This document shows positions 28,645 to 37,972 of a DNA stretch of 54,091 bases, in pieces (positions within the stretch are counted from its first letter, which is position 1; every line of letters begins with the position of its first letter). This DNA is from Chlorobiota bacterium (GTDB lineage Bacteria; Bacteroidota; Bacteroidia; JAADEI01): NCBI GenBank assembly GCA_013153515.1, contig JAADEI010000081.1, forward strand, positions 1 to 54,091, written 5' to 3'. The translations under genes were made by a program, and so were the position numbers. Under the pieces are notes generated by a model that was not told where the DNA came from, made no database searches, and saw nothing but the letters and a program-made list of their open reading frames with translations.

Positions 28645-29370
28645 CTATTTACCTGCCACAAGTTGGTTTTCGTATCTCAAATCAATCGTTTTGTAAGTCT
28701 GCCACAATCCATGTTTTTTGATGAATTTGAAGAATTTGCGTAATTTATTTAGTTTTCCATCCAAGCGGTCATCAACCTCCCCGATTATTATTTTTTGCCT
28801 GTCAACCCTGCTTATTAAGACCCATCCGTGCGAGGAAGAGTAAGTTATGTGCCCGATTATTGATGTTAGAAACTTGTTTTTATTTATATGTTTAATTAAA
28901 GTTTTTAAGTCGTTTATTTTCTCACTGATTGTATAGGCATCTGTGTATAAGAGAACAACTGGGACATATACAGGCTTTGAAACCTCTGTAATAAGGAAAA
29001 TGGTTCCGTCCTCCGCCATGTAATAGCTCTCTCCGCCGAAAGTGATGATTCTGGCTATTGGCACGTGTTCCTCAATCCTTACAACAAGGGTTGAATCGTG
29101 GGATATGAACAAGTGGGCTTCTCTGATTGGCTCCAATTCTTCCAGTTTGCTTTCTATCTCTTCCAAACGTTGTGGCTTGATAGAATCAGCGTTTCCAAGT
29201 ATCTGGAAAATAACTGTTGAATCCACAAACCGCAAATCCCCCTCCACTCTCAGTTTGTTAAAAGTTGGTTTCCACGAGAAGGCACTGGCAAGCAAAACAA
29301 TAAGTGTCGCAACTAAGAAAACCAAATATGCCCAATCCTTCACCATTTTCTTAAACTCCTGCACTCTCAT
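28645..29370 (-). CDS. ftsQ: Cell division protein FtsQ/DivIB
   Basis: One TM, POTRA-like IESKLEELEPIREAHL, VRIEEHVPIARI, IDLRYENQLV; position between murC/B and ftsA. Confidence 0.85.
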   Translation of the reverse strand: MRVQEFKKMVKDWAYLVFLVATLIVLLASAFSWKPTFNKLRVEGDLRFVDSTVIFQILGNADSIKPQRLEEIESKLEELEPIREAHLFISHDSTLVVRIEEHVPIARIITFGGESYYMAEDGTIFLITEVSKPVYVPVVLLYTDAYTISEKINDLKTLIKHINKNKFLTSIIGHITYSSSHGWVLISRVDRQKIIIGEVDDRLDGKLNKLRKFFKFIKKHGLWQTYKTIDLRYENQLVAGK

Positions 29371-31684
29371 CGGGAACAAATTTTCCTATTTTCTGAACCT
29401 CCATCTGTAACAAAACACCACGTCTGTTAAACACTTCATTGCGAACATGCTCAATTAACCGAAGCATATCAAGTGCAGTAGCATTATTAGCGTTAATCAG
29501 GAAATTAGCGTGTTTAGGGCTAACCATTACCCCTCCCACAGAAAACCCCTTTAAGCCCAATTCATCAATCAATTTGCCGGCAGGCAATTCAATAGACGGG
29601 TTTTTAAATATGCATCCTGCATTAGGCTTATTAAGCGGTTGCGACGTGTTACGCTTCTTCAACAAGTTCCTTCTCCTTTCCAATGCCTCCTCTATGTCAT
29701 CAATTGGTTTCAATTTCAGGACAGCCTCCAGAATGATTGAGTCATAAAGGTCTGTATAGCGATAGGCATATCTAACCTGTCCCTTTCTTAGTCGTTGGAT
29801 TCTACCATCCCTGAACACCTCAACCTCCTCTATGAAATCAAATATCTCAGCCCCATAAGCCCCGGCATTCATCAGGACAGCACCCCCCACCGTCCCGGGA
29901 ATCCCAGCCAATGGTTCCAATCCCCCCAGCCCGGCTTTAATCATCTTCAAGACGAAGGCGGGCAGGTCAACGCCGGCACCCACCACAACACGCCCATCAC
30001 CCAAAATCTCATAGTAATTCAATGCTTTGCCTACATTCATAACTATGGCATCCATACCATAGTCCCCCACCAATAAGTTGGAACCACGTCCCAGAACGAA
30101 ATATGGCAGGTCTTCCTTGGCAATAAATTCAAGCAAGTTCAATAATTCTTGTTTGTCCTGTGGATTGACGAAGAACAGTGCTTCCCCACCAATTCGCAGA
30201 GTTGTATGTTTTGATAATGGCTCCCTTTCCTTGACATTTTGGGTTATTTCATAGAGTTTTTGTCGTGTGGTCTCTTGTTTCAATTTCCTAACGCCCTCTT
30301 TCATAAACCACCTGTCCAACAGCACTTCCTTAAAGCGGTCTGCCAGTTTGTTTATGTCTCCGGCACCGAGAATAACCAGCACCCTTGGTCTCCTCCGTCG
30401 CACAAACTCAACAAGGGAATCAAAGGGAATGTAGAACTTATCTGGATGTTCCACATGCTTGAGAATCAAATAAGGGTCAACGCCGGCAATGGGCTTTTCC
30501 CGTGCAGGATAGATGTCTGTAACGACCACGGCATCCGCCTCACTAAGCGACTTCCCGAATTCCTCAGCGAAGGCTTGCGTCCGACTATATAAATGCGGAT
30601 GGAATATCACAGTTATTTTTTCGTCTGGGTATAGGGTTCTGACCGTTTTAAGGGCTTCCTTCACCTCAGTGGGATGATGGGCATAGTCATCAATGAATGC
30701 CCTGAAATAATCAGCATAATAAATCTGGAACCTTCTTTCAATGCCCTGAAATTCCACTAACTCATTGCCCGATAAGGTCAATCCCTGAGCATAAAGGGTT
30801 GTCACAGCACCCGTTATGTTTGAAGCATTATGTTTTCCTGGCAAAGAAATGGGTTGTTTAAACTCAATGTTTCCATAAGGCAAATCAATAAGAAAGGAAA
30901 ATTCAGGTAATTCAAGTGGTTTTCTGACCATACGGAACGAATGCCCCCGCACATCAGCGTAGTCCTCAATGCCATACGTAATCACTTCAATATCGTCTCT
31001 GTGAATGGAAAGCAAGTTTCTGACTGTGGCATTGATTATTAATTTCCCTCCCGGCTTTATATTCCCCACAAACTGGTTAAAAGCATCTATGAAATCCTCA
31101 AAAGTCGGATAAATATCCGTGTGATCCCATTCTATGTGAGTGATTACTGCCACGGTCGGTTTCAGCAACAGGAAAGACCGGTCATATTCATCTGCTTCCA
31201 CAACAAAAGTCCGGTTGTCTCCTGCAACATAGTTGGAACCATAGTTCAATGGGATTGCTCCAAGGAAAGCCGTCGGTCGCCTCCCCGCTTTATCCATCAA
31301 ATAGGTTATCAACGTGGAAGTCGTTGATTTTCCGTGTGTTCCGGCGACGGCAATCAGGTCTCCTTGGTTAACTATTTGTGCCAGCAGTTCAGCCCGTTTG
31401 ATTAAGGGAATCCCACGGTCTATCACTCCTTTGAGCAATGGGTCTTCAAGGGACAGGGCGGGCGTCCACACAACAAGCCCGGGCATCTCCCGGTCAATCA
31501 GTTCAAGAGCCTCCCGTTCGGAATGCACAATAGTCATTCCTTCTCTGGAAAGCGTTTCGGTCAGTTGGGTTCTTGCCCTGTCATAGCCATAAATAGAGTG
31601 TCCCTGTGAGTTCAGGAAGCGAGCCAAGGCACTCATACCTATCCCGCCAATCCCAGCAAAAAATATCTTTTCAGGCAAGTTCAT
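29351..31684 (-). CDS. murC/murB: MurC-MurB fusion (UDP-MurNAc--L-Ala ligase + UDP-N-acetylenolpyruvoylglucosamine reductase)
   Basis: MurC: GIGGIGMSALA, GTHGKSTT, EADEYDRSFL, DDYAHHPTE. MurB: HTTLRIGG, LGRGSNLL, GIPGTVGGAVLMNAGAYG, QPLNKPNAGCIFKNP, SPKHANFLIN. Single ORF (track start 31708; likely start 31684). Confidence 0.92.
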   Translation of the reverse strand: MNLPEKIFFAGIGGIGMSALARFLNSQGHSIYGYDRARTQLTETLSREGMTIVHSEREALELIDREMPGLVVWTPALSLEDPLLKGVIDRGIPLIKRAELLAQIVNQGDLIAVAGTHGKSTTSTLITYLMDKAGRRPTAFLGAIPLNYGSNYVAGDNRTFVVEADEYDRSFLLLKPTVAVITHIEWDHTDIYPTFEDFIDAFNQFVGNIKPGGKLIINATVRNLLSIHRDDIEVITYGIEDYADVRGHSFRMVRKPLELPEFSFLIDLPYGNIEFKQPISLPGKHNASNITGAVTTLYAQGLTLSGNELVEFQGIERRFQIYYADYFRAFIDDYAHHPTEVKEALKTVRTLYPDEKITVIFHPHLYSRTQAFAEEFGKSLSEADAVVVTDIYPAREKPIAGVDPYLILKHVEHPDKFYIPFDSLVEFVRRRRPRVLVILGAGDINKLADRFKEVLLDRWFMKEGVRKLKQETTRQKLYEITQNVKEREPLSKHTTLRIGGEALFFVNPQDKQELLNLLEFIAKEDLPYFVLGRGSNLLVGDYGMDAIVMNVGKALNYYEILGDGRVVVGAGVDLPAFVLKMIKAGLGGLEPLAGIPGTVGGAVLMNAGAYGAEIFDFIEEVEVFRDGRIQRLRKGQVRYAYRYTDLYDSIILEAVLKLKPIDDIEEALERRRNLLKKRNTSQPLNKPNAGCIFKNPSIELPAGKLIDELGLKGFSVGGVMVSPKHANFLINANNATALDMLRLIEHVRNEVFNRRGVLLQMEVQKIGKFVPDESAGV

Positions 31685-32798
31685 CACTATATTTTTTAGC
31701 CTGTTCAACTATTATTTCCGCAATCCTTTCAGTTGCCTGCGGATTACCAAACTGCTTTATCCTCTCTGCAAGGGCTTGCCTCCTGCTTTCATCACCCAAC
31801 AATTCAAGCACTGTCGGAATGAGCTTGTCCTTCTCATGTTCCTCAACCATCACTATGGCACCCTGTTGAGCGAGAGACTCTGCATTCTTCCGTTGATGGT
31901 CATCGGCAACATTGGGCGAAGGAACTATAACCGCCGGCTTCCCAGCAACAGCCAATTCAGACAGGGCACTGGCACCAGCCCTTGACACAACCACATCAGC
32001 AACCCGATAGGCATAATCCATTCTGTCTATGAATTGTCCCTGCCAGACCCTTCCCCTCCATTCCTCAGGATTCCATTTCATCTGTGGAACTTCCTGCTTG
32101 CCGGTCTGCCAGATTATCTGATAGCCTTTCTGCAAAATCTTCTCCCCTTCCTCAGCAATAATTTGATTGAAAAATGCCGAACCAAGACTACCCCCCGTTA
32201 CCAACACAGTGGGTCTGTCTTCCAAGCCGAAGTATTCCAATGCCTCAGACCGTGGAATCTTATCATAATTCAAAATGCTTTGTCTAACCGGATTGCCCGT
32301 GTAAACATGATTATACTTCTCCAATTCTTTCGCCGGCAACACAAGGGTTATGACCGATGCCTTCGGCGCCAACAGCCTGACGGCAAGTCCCGGAACAGCA
32401 TTCTGTTCGTGCAACACAACGGGAATGTTATTTGCAAAGCGTCCCCACACAACAGGAACGCTCACATAAGCCCCAAGAGAGAAGATAACATCCGGCTTGA
32501 AATCAGAAATAATGTTATAAGCCTGAATTATGCTAACAAACATTTTTATGGGAAGCAAGATGTTATCCCACCATTTGGTTCGTTGCAACCCACTTATCCA
32601 AACCGTTTTAATTGGAAAGCCATATTTAGGCACAATTTCCGTTTCCATCCTGTCCTTCGCACCGACAAACAGCACCTCAGCACCATAGTTATCACGCAGA
32701 TGTTGAGCCACCGCTATTGCAGGGAATATATGTCCACCTGTTCCGCCCGCAGAAACCAACACTCTAAGCCGTCTGTCCATCCCCTTCGCTTTGTTCAA
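31671..32798 (-). CDS. murG: Lipid II GlcNAc transferase MurG
   Basis: GGTGGHIFPA, HEQNAVPG, GNPVR, GGSLG, SRAGASALSE, ADDHQRKNA. Confidence 0.97.
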   Translation of the reverse strand: MNKAKGMDRRLRVLVSAGGTGGHIFPAIAVAQHLRDNYGAEVLFVGAKDRMETEIVPKYGFPIKTVWISGLQRTKWWDNILLPIKMFVSIIQAYNIISDFKPDVIFSLGAYVSVPVVWGRFANNIPVVLHEQNAVPGLAVRLLAPKASVITLVLPAKELEKYNHVYTGNPVRQSILNYDKIPRSEALEYFGLEDRPTVLVTGGSLGSAFFNQIIAEEGEKILQKGYQIIWQTGKQEVPQMKWNPEEWRGRVWQGQFIDRMDYAYRVADVVVSRAGASALSELAVAGKPAVIVPSPNVADDHQRKNAESLAQQGAIVMVEEHEKDKLIPTVLELLGDESRRQALAERIKQFGNPQATERIAEIIVEQAKKYSDELA

Positions 32799-33945
32799 TT
32801 ACCACCGCACTGGAACCCAGCAACATGCCCAGCATAAAAAATGTGAACAGGATTGATGTTCCTCCCATGCTAATCAATGGCAGTGGCAAACCTGTTGCGG
32901 GAAACAGCCCGCTCACCACCCCAATGTGCAACAATGCCTGAAAAGTGATGCTAAGCCCAATGCCCAGAATCAATAGCCCTATGAACCGATTGTTCGCCTT
33001 TGTAAACAATTTGATGCTCCGCCACATTATAGTGAAATACAGAATCAATATGAAAATCCCCACTATCAAGCCATATTCCTCAATTATGATGGCATAAACG
33101 TAGTCTGAATATGGATGTGGCAGGAAATATCTCTGAACACTTTTGCCTATTCCTCTGCCAAACAGTCCACCGTTTGCAATGGCTATTTGTGCTTGCAGAA
33201 CCTGATAGGACGGCTCCCCTTTAATGTAGCGTTCTATCCTGTTTTTCCAAGTCTCAGCCCGTCCAACCTTCAAAATCATCACTGCCCCAATGAAAAGAGC
33301 AAGAACTAAAGTTACAACCGCCCCAATCCGGATTATGTATTTAAAAGGCAAGAGAGAAACGAACAACATAATGAATGTGATTGTTGCCAGCATCAGAGCA
33401 GTTGACAGGTCTGCATAGGCTATAAGCAATATGACCACCGAAGATGGAATAATAACCTTAATCATAAGTTCCCTAAGGGAAAAGGCGTCTTCCGGTTTCC
33501 GTCCATCCTGAAGGGCTTTCTTAATGCGACCCAAGAGATGAGACAATTGAGCAGCGAGATAGATGAGCAGAGCCACTTGAGCGAAGGCGGAAGTCTGGAA
33601 GGTCAACCCAGTGAATGGAATGACGAGCCAGCGACGTGCCTGATTAATGCTTGCACCATGGACAAGCGTTATCACAAGCAAAACAATAGCCAACAAAAGG
33701 GCTATGTTAGCCGCCTTCCTGAACACATGCGGATTTATCCTGTGGACAACATAGGCAACTCCAAAACCCATCACTAAAAAAATGATGTGTTTGAACATAT
33801 AGGAAGACACTTCCCCTCCCTTATATCTGATTCCCAGCACGCCTACCGCACTGGCAACAACAAGCATTGAGAACAGAGTGAGTGTAATGATGGCGAACCA
33901 TAGAGCCCTGTCGCCCCTCAACCTTCTGAACAATCCTGTCATCAT
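32764..33945 (-). CDS. ftsW: Peptidoglycan glycosyltransferase FtsW
   Basis: ARRWL, QTSAFAQ, GGLFGRG, LPHPYSDYVYAII, PATGLPLPLISMGGTS. Confidence 0.95.
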   Translation of the reverse strand: MMTGLFRRLRGDRALWFAIITLTLFSMLVVASAVGVLGIRYKGGEVSSYMFKHIIFLVMGFGVAYVVHRINPHVFRKAANIALLLAIVLLVITLVHGASINQARRWLVIPFTGLTFQTSAFAQVALLIYLAAQLSHLLGRIKKALQDGRKPEDAFSLRELMIKVIIPSSVVILLIAYADLSTALMLATITFIMLFVSLLPFKYIIRIGAVVTLVLALFIGAVMILKVGRAETWKNRIERYIKGEPSYQVLQAQIAIANGGLFGRGIGKSVQRYFLPHPYSDYVYAIIIEEYGLIVGIFILILYFTIMWRSIKLFTKANNRFIGLLILGIGLSITFQALLHIGVVSGLFPATGLPLPLISMGGTSILFTFFMLGMLLGSSAVVIEQSEGDGQTA

Positions 33946-35264
33946 TCCCCTTCTTGTTCAACAGTTTCTTTCAATTCCATTACTGCCTTCCGGAACGCCT
34001 CCCCACGCTCTGCATAATTGTTGAACAAGTCAAAACTGGCACAAGCGGGCGAGAGCAAAACCGTTGTTCCTTCACTGGACAGGTCAAATGCCCTCCTAAC
34101 GGCTCCCTCCATGCTTGTAACATGATAGACAGGCACAATGCCTTCAAACGCTCTCTTAATGGGCGTGCAATCCTTAGCCAGACACACGATAGCCTTGACT
34201 TTTTCCTCAACAAGCGGAATCAATGGCGAGTAGTCATTTCCCTTATCCACTCCCCCCGCTATCCACACAATTGGTTTGGGAACTGTTTCAAGGGCATACC
34301 AAGCCGAGTTGACATTCGTCGCTTTGGAATCATTGATGAAGACAACGCCTTTTATTTCAGCCACTGGTTCCAGCCTGTGTGGCGGTCTCTTGAATGTTCG
34401 CATCGCCCCTTTGATCTGGTCTTCCGGGATGTTAGCGATTCGGGCAGTGATGGCAGCAGCCATTGTGGAAGCCGGATGGGCTATGTTCTCAGCCTGTTGG
34501 TCTATCTCCATCATCCTTCCGGTTATTGGGTCTCTGTATCTCATGGGTCTCTTATTTGGAAAGAATGGATGTTTTTTAGCGTTAATCGTAAGTTTTTTCA
34601 TCCACTTGATAATTATTTGGTCATTGGCATTAAAGACGAAATGGTCATCAATTGTTTGGTTCTTGGTTATGTTGAACTTTGACTGGATGTAGTCTTCCAT
34701 TGAAGGATGCCAATCCAAATGGTCTTTGGCTATGTTGAGCAATATGGCAATGTGTGGTCTGAATCGCTTGACATATCTCAATTGGAAACTACTTACTTCA
34801 ACGACGTGCCATTGAGCATCCCGCTCATACAACTGCCTACAGAAACTCTTGCCTATGTTCCCGGACAAAGCGACGTCATAACCACTTTGCTTAAAGATGT
34901 GATAGATGAGCGATGAGGTAGTTGTCTTCCCATCGGTTCCCGTAACGGCAATTATCTTGCCTCCTGCGAAGCGGAAACCGAATTCTATATCCGAGATTAC
35001 TGGTATATCCCGATTTTCCAATTCTTTTATGATACTGGCAGACGGCGGAATTCCCGGACTCTTAACAACTTCCTTTGTTTGGAAGACCTTTTCTGTGTGT
35101 CCCCCTTCCTCATATTCAATTTCTAACTGGTCAAACAATTTCTTTGTTTCGTTGTCTATAGTTCCTTGCTCAGAAACAAATACACTATACCTGTTTTTGG
35201 CGGCTAACAGGGCGGTTCCAACGCCGCTCTCCCCTGAACCCAATATGACAACGTCGTATCTCAT
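33942..35264 (-). CDS. murD: UDP-MurNAc-L-Ala--D-Glu ligase
   Basis: VKSPGIP, TGTDGKTTT, EVSSFQL, DHLDWH, HRLE, NDSKATN, LSPACASFDLF. Confidence 0.97.
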   Translation of the reverse strand: MRYDVVILGSGESGVGTALLAAKNRYSVFVSEQGTIDNETKKLFDQLEIEYEEGGHTEKVFQTKEVVKSPGIPPSASIIKELENRDIPVISDIEFGFRFAGGKIIAVTGTDGKTTTSSLIYHIFKQSGYDVALSGNIGKSFCRQLYERDAQWHVVEVSSFQLRYVKRFRPHIAILLNIAKDHLDWHPSMEDYIQSKFNITKNQTIDDHFVFNANDQIIIKWMKKLTINAKKHPFFPNKRPMRYRDPITGRMMEIDQQAENIAHPASTMAAAITARIANIPEDQIKGAMRTFKRPPHRLEPVAEIKGVVFINDSKATNVNSAWYALETVPKPIVWIAGGVDKGNDYSPLIPLVEEKVKAIVCLAKDCTPIKRAFEGIVPVYHVTSMEGAVRRAFDLSSEGTTVLLSPACASFDLFNNYAERGEAFRKAVMELKETVEQEGE

Positions 35265-36493
35265 CGCAATTTAAGTGTTATAAGGGTTAGTGCCGCCAGA
35301 AAAAGGCTAATTATCCAAAATCTTACAACTATTTTGTTTTCATGCCAGCCTTTCTTCTGGAAGTGATGATGGATTGGTGCCATCAGGAAGATTCTTCTGC
35401 CCTGTCCGTATCTACGCTTTGTCCATTTGAAATATGCCACTTGGATGATCACAGACAATGCCTCTATTAAGAAAACTCCGCATAGCAACGGCAACAATAA
35501 TTCCTTTCGCAAGATCACAGCAAGAGTTCCAATGACCGACCCAAGCATCAGGCTACCAGTGTCGCCCATAAAAACAGAAGCAGGATAGGCATTATACCAC
35601 AGGAATCCGATTGCGGAACCCACTATGGCAGCAGTGAAAATGGTTACTTCGGCAATGTCTGGGATATACATAATGTTCAGGTAGTCAGCCAGCAGGATAT
35701 GTCCCGAGACGTAAGCAAACACGGCAAGGGTTGACAGGACTATTGCCGAGACCCCCGCCGCCAAGCCATCCAACCCATCAGTGAGATTAGCAGCATTTGA
35801 AACAGCAGTGTTTATAAAGATTACCACTATTGTAAACACAATCCACGTCAGGGAAACTGGAATTCCGATAGCCTTCGCTATCCACTCATACCTGAATTCA
35901 TTGTTTTTCACAAAGGGTATGGTAGTAGAGAATTCCTTGGCATCGTAATATCTGTATGTATCACTTTCATGCGTTGAATTTTGTTGATAGACCTCCAAAG
36001 GCTCATCAATGAAATATCTAACTCTGACGTCTGGATGGAATGCGAGAGTTAAGCCTATGAGCAAGCCCAGTCCGACCTGTGCCATAATCTTAAACTTTCC
36101 ACGCAAGCCCCCTTTGTCCCTCAACTTCACTTTGATGTAATCATCAACAAACCCCCAGAATCCCATCCATAACGTCGCTACTACAAGCAGCCACACATAA
36201 ACATTGTCCCATTTAGCGAGCAACAGGGTAGGCACTACCGTCCCCGCTATTATCATCAAGCCTCCCATTGTTGGTGTCTGTGCTTTCCGTTGTTGTTCAG
36301 GCAGGTCTAAGTCCCTTTGTGGGTCGGTTATTTGCCATCGCTTCAGCCAAGCAATGATATATTTCCCCAACCACATAGTAATTATAAGGGCTATGATAAT
36401 GGACATAAGAGCCCTGAAGGATATGAACTGGAAGACTCCAGCCCCCGGAACATCAAACTCCCTGTCCAAATATGTGAATATGTAATAAAGCAT
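35261..36493 (-). CDS. mraY: Phospho-MurNAc-pentapeptide transferase
   Basis: TPTMGG, GFVDDY, SNAANLTDGLDGL, FMGDTGSL, MAPIHHHF. Confidence 0.98.
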   Translation of the reverse strand: MLYYIFTYLDREFDVPGAGVFQFISFRALMSIIIALIITMWLGKYIIAWLKRWQITDPQRDLDLPEQQRKAQTPTMGGLMIIAGTVVPTLLLAKWDNVYVWLLVVATLWMGFWGFVDDYIKVKLRDKGGLRGKFKIMAQVGLGLLIGLTLAFHPDVRVRYFIDEPLEVYQQNSTHESDTYRYYDAKEFSTTIPFVKNNEFRYEWIAKAIGIPVSLTWIVFTIVVIFINTAVSNAANLTDGLDGLAAGVSAIVLSTLAVFAYVSGHILLADYLNIMYIPDIAEVTIFTAAIVGSAIGFLWYNAYPASVFMGDTGSLMLGSVIGTLAVILRKELLLPLLCGVFLIEALSVIIQVAYFKWTKRRYGQGRRIFLMAPIHHHFQKKGWHENKIVVRFWIISLFLAALTLITLKLR

Positions 36494-37972
36494 TTATGAA
36501 TGTTTTGCCGGTTTGCGTTCTTTTAGTGCTTTAACCACTTCCTCAAAGTCCGAAAAGGGAATCCGTTTCCCCTTTATCTCTTGGTATTCCTCATGCCCTT
36601 TACCTGCAATAACTATTATGTCTCCCTGATGAGCCATTGCCACAGCGGTTCTAATCGCTTCCCTACGGTCGGGAATGGACAGTGTTTTTCTGCGATAGAT
36701 AGCATTCAAGTCGGTGAGCATATCCCGGATAATGTCCTGTGGGTCTTCACTGCGTGGGTTGTCAGAAGTGATTATTGCTATGTCTGCGAGTTGAGCCCCT
36801 ATCCTGCCCAACAGCGGTCTTTTCTCTTTGTCCCTGTCTCCGCCCGCTCCAAACACAAGAATTATTTTCTGCTCAGGAATTCTAACCTGCTTAATTGTTT
36901 CAAGCAGTTTTTTCAATGCGTCTGGTGTGTGTGCATAGTCAATGACTGCGGTGATTCCAGCCTCTTTGATAATGTTCATTCTGCCTTTTGGTGCAGGAAC
37001 CTTTGAGAGAGCCTGCAAGATGACTTCATCTTCAAAATCTGTGCTTAACTTCAATCCTCCATAAGCAGCAAGGAAATTATAGACGTTAAATATCCCCGGA
37101 AGCAAGATGTGGATGCTTCTGCCTTCAATATCAATATGCGTCCCGAAAATGTCCATTTCCAGTATTTTACATGTGAAGTCGGCAGCCCTCCTGATTCCAT
37201 AAGTGTAAACTTTCGCCTTGGTGGACGCAATCATTTGCTTGTGATAGCGGTCATCAACATTCACAAGTGCCCATGCATCCTCAGAAAGCATATCAAACAG
37301 TTTCTTTTTGGCATTGATATAATTCTGCATTGTTTGGTGATAGTCCAGATGGTCGTGGCTTATGTTCGTGAAGATTGCCCCTGAGAACCTTATTGCCGAA
37401 ACCCTATCTTGATCCAATGCATGACTGCTTACTTCCATAAAAACATGGGACACTCCGGCATCTGCCATCCTGCGAAGAACACTGAAAAGTGTGATAGGGT
37501 CTGGTGTGGTGTGCGTGGCTTTCTCAAACTCATCAGCCCATTCATATCCAATGGTGCCTATGCGTCCTGTCCGAAGACCCAATGCCTTAGAACCCTCATA
37601 AAGCAGATGGACAACTGTTGTTTTACCATTTGTTCCCGTTACGCCAACGATTGTTAATTCTTCGTCCGGCTTGTCATAGTAGTTTTTTGCTATGAATGAG
37701 AGAGCCCGCCTTGAATTATCAACCTGAATCCAGAACACTTGCTCAGGAACCTGACTTTGTGGTTCCCGTTCCGACACTATTACCCTTGCCCCTCTCTGGA
37801 TAGCGTCCGGGATAAAATCATGTCCGTCAACAGATGTGCCTTTGATGGCTATGAACATAGAGTTTTCCGTGCACTGTCTGGAATCCATACAGATGTGGCT
37901 AATTGTGGCAACAGGCTTTCCATATTTACCCACGACCCTGACTCCTTCTAATAGTTGATTAATTTCTTTCAT
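36494..37972 (-). CDS. murE: UDP-MurNAc-tripeptide synthetase (meso-DAP-type DNPR motif)
   Basis: GTNGKTT, HTTPD, MEVSSHAL, DHLDYH, DYAHTPDAL, TSDNPRSE, AGKGHE. Confidence 0.97.
   Translation of the reverse strand: MKEINQLLEGVRVVGKYGKPVATISHICMDSRQCTENSMFIAIKGTSVDGHDFIPDAIQRGARVIVSEREPQSQVPEQVFWIQVDNSRRALSFIAKNYYDKPDEELTIVGVTGTNGKTTVVHLLYEGSKALGLRTGRIGTIGYEWADEFEKATHTTPDPITLFSVLRRMADAGVSHVFMEVSSHALDQDRVSAIRFSGAIFTNISHDHLDYHQTMQNYINAKKKLFDMLSEDAWALVNVDDRYHKQMIASTKAKVYTYGIRRAADFTCKILEMDIFGTHIDIEGRSIHILLPGIFNVYNFLAAYGGLKLSTDFEDEVILQALSKVPAPKGRMNIIKEAGITAVIDYAHTPDALKKLLETIKQVRIPEQKIILVFGAGGDRDKEKRPLLGRIGAQLADIAIITSDNPRSEDPQDIIRDMLTDLNAIYRRKTLSIPDRREAIRTAVAMAHQGDIIVIAGKGHEEYQEIKGKRIPFSDFEEVVKALKERKPAKHS

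Noticed and set aside
32034-34692. Long plus-strand ORFs (32034..32837, 33954..34682, 34276..34692) and similar shadows elsewhere
   Set aside because: Antisense to well-supported mur/fts genes, no recognisable motifs.
30590-34950. Single-residue motif variants (MurD GTDGKT, MurC FHPH)
   Set aside because: Isolated changes in otherwise canonical enzymes, unlike the multi-motif erosion in FtsZ.
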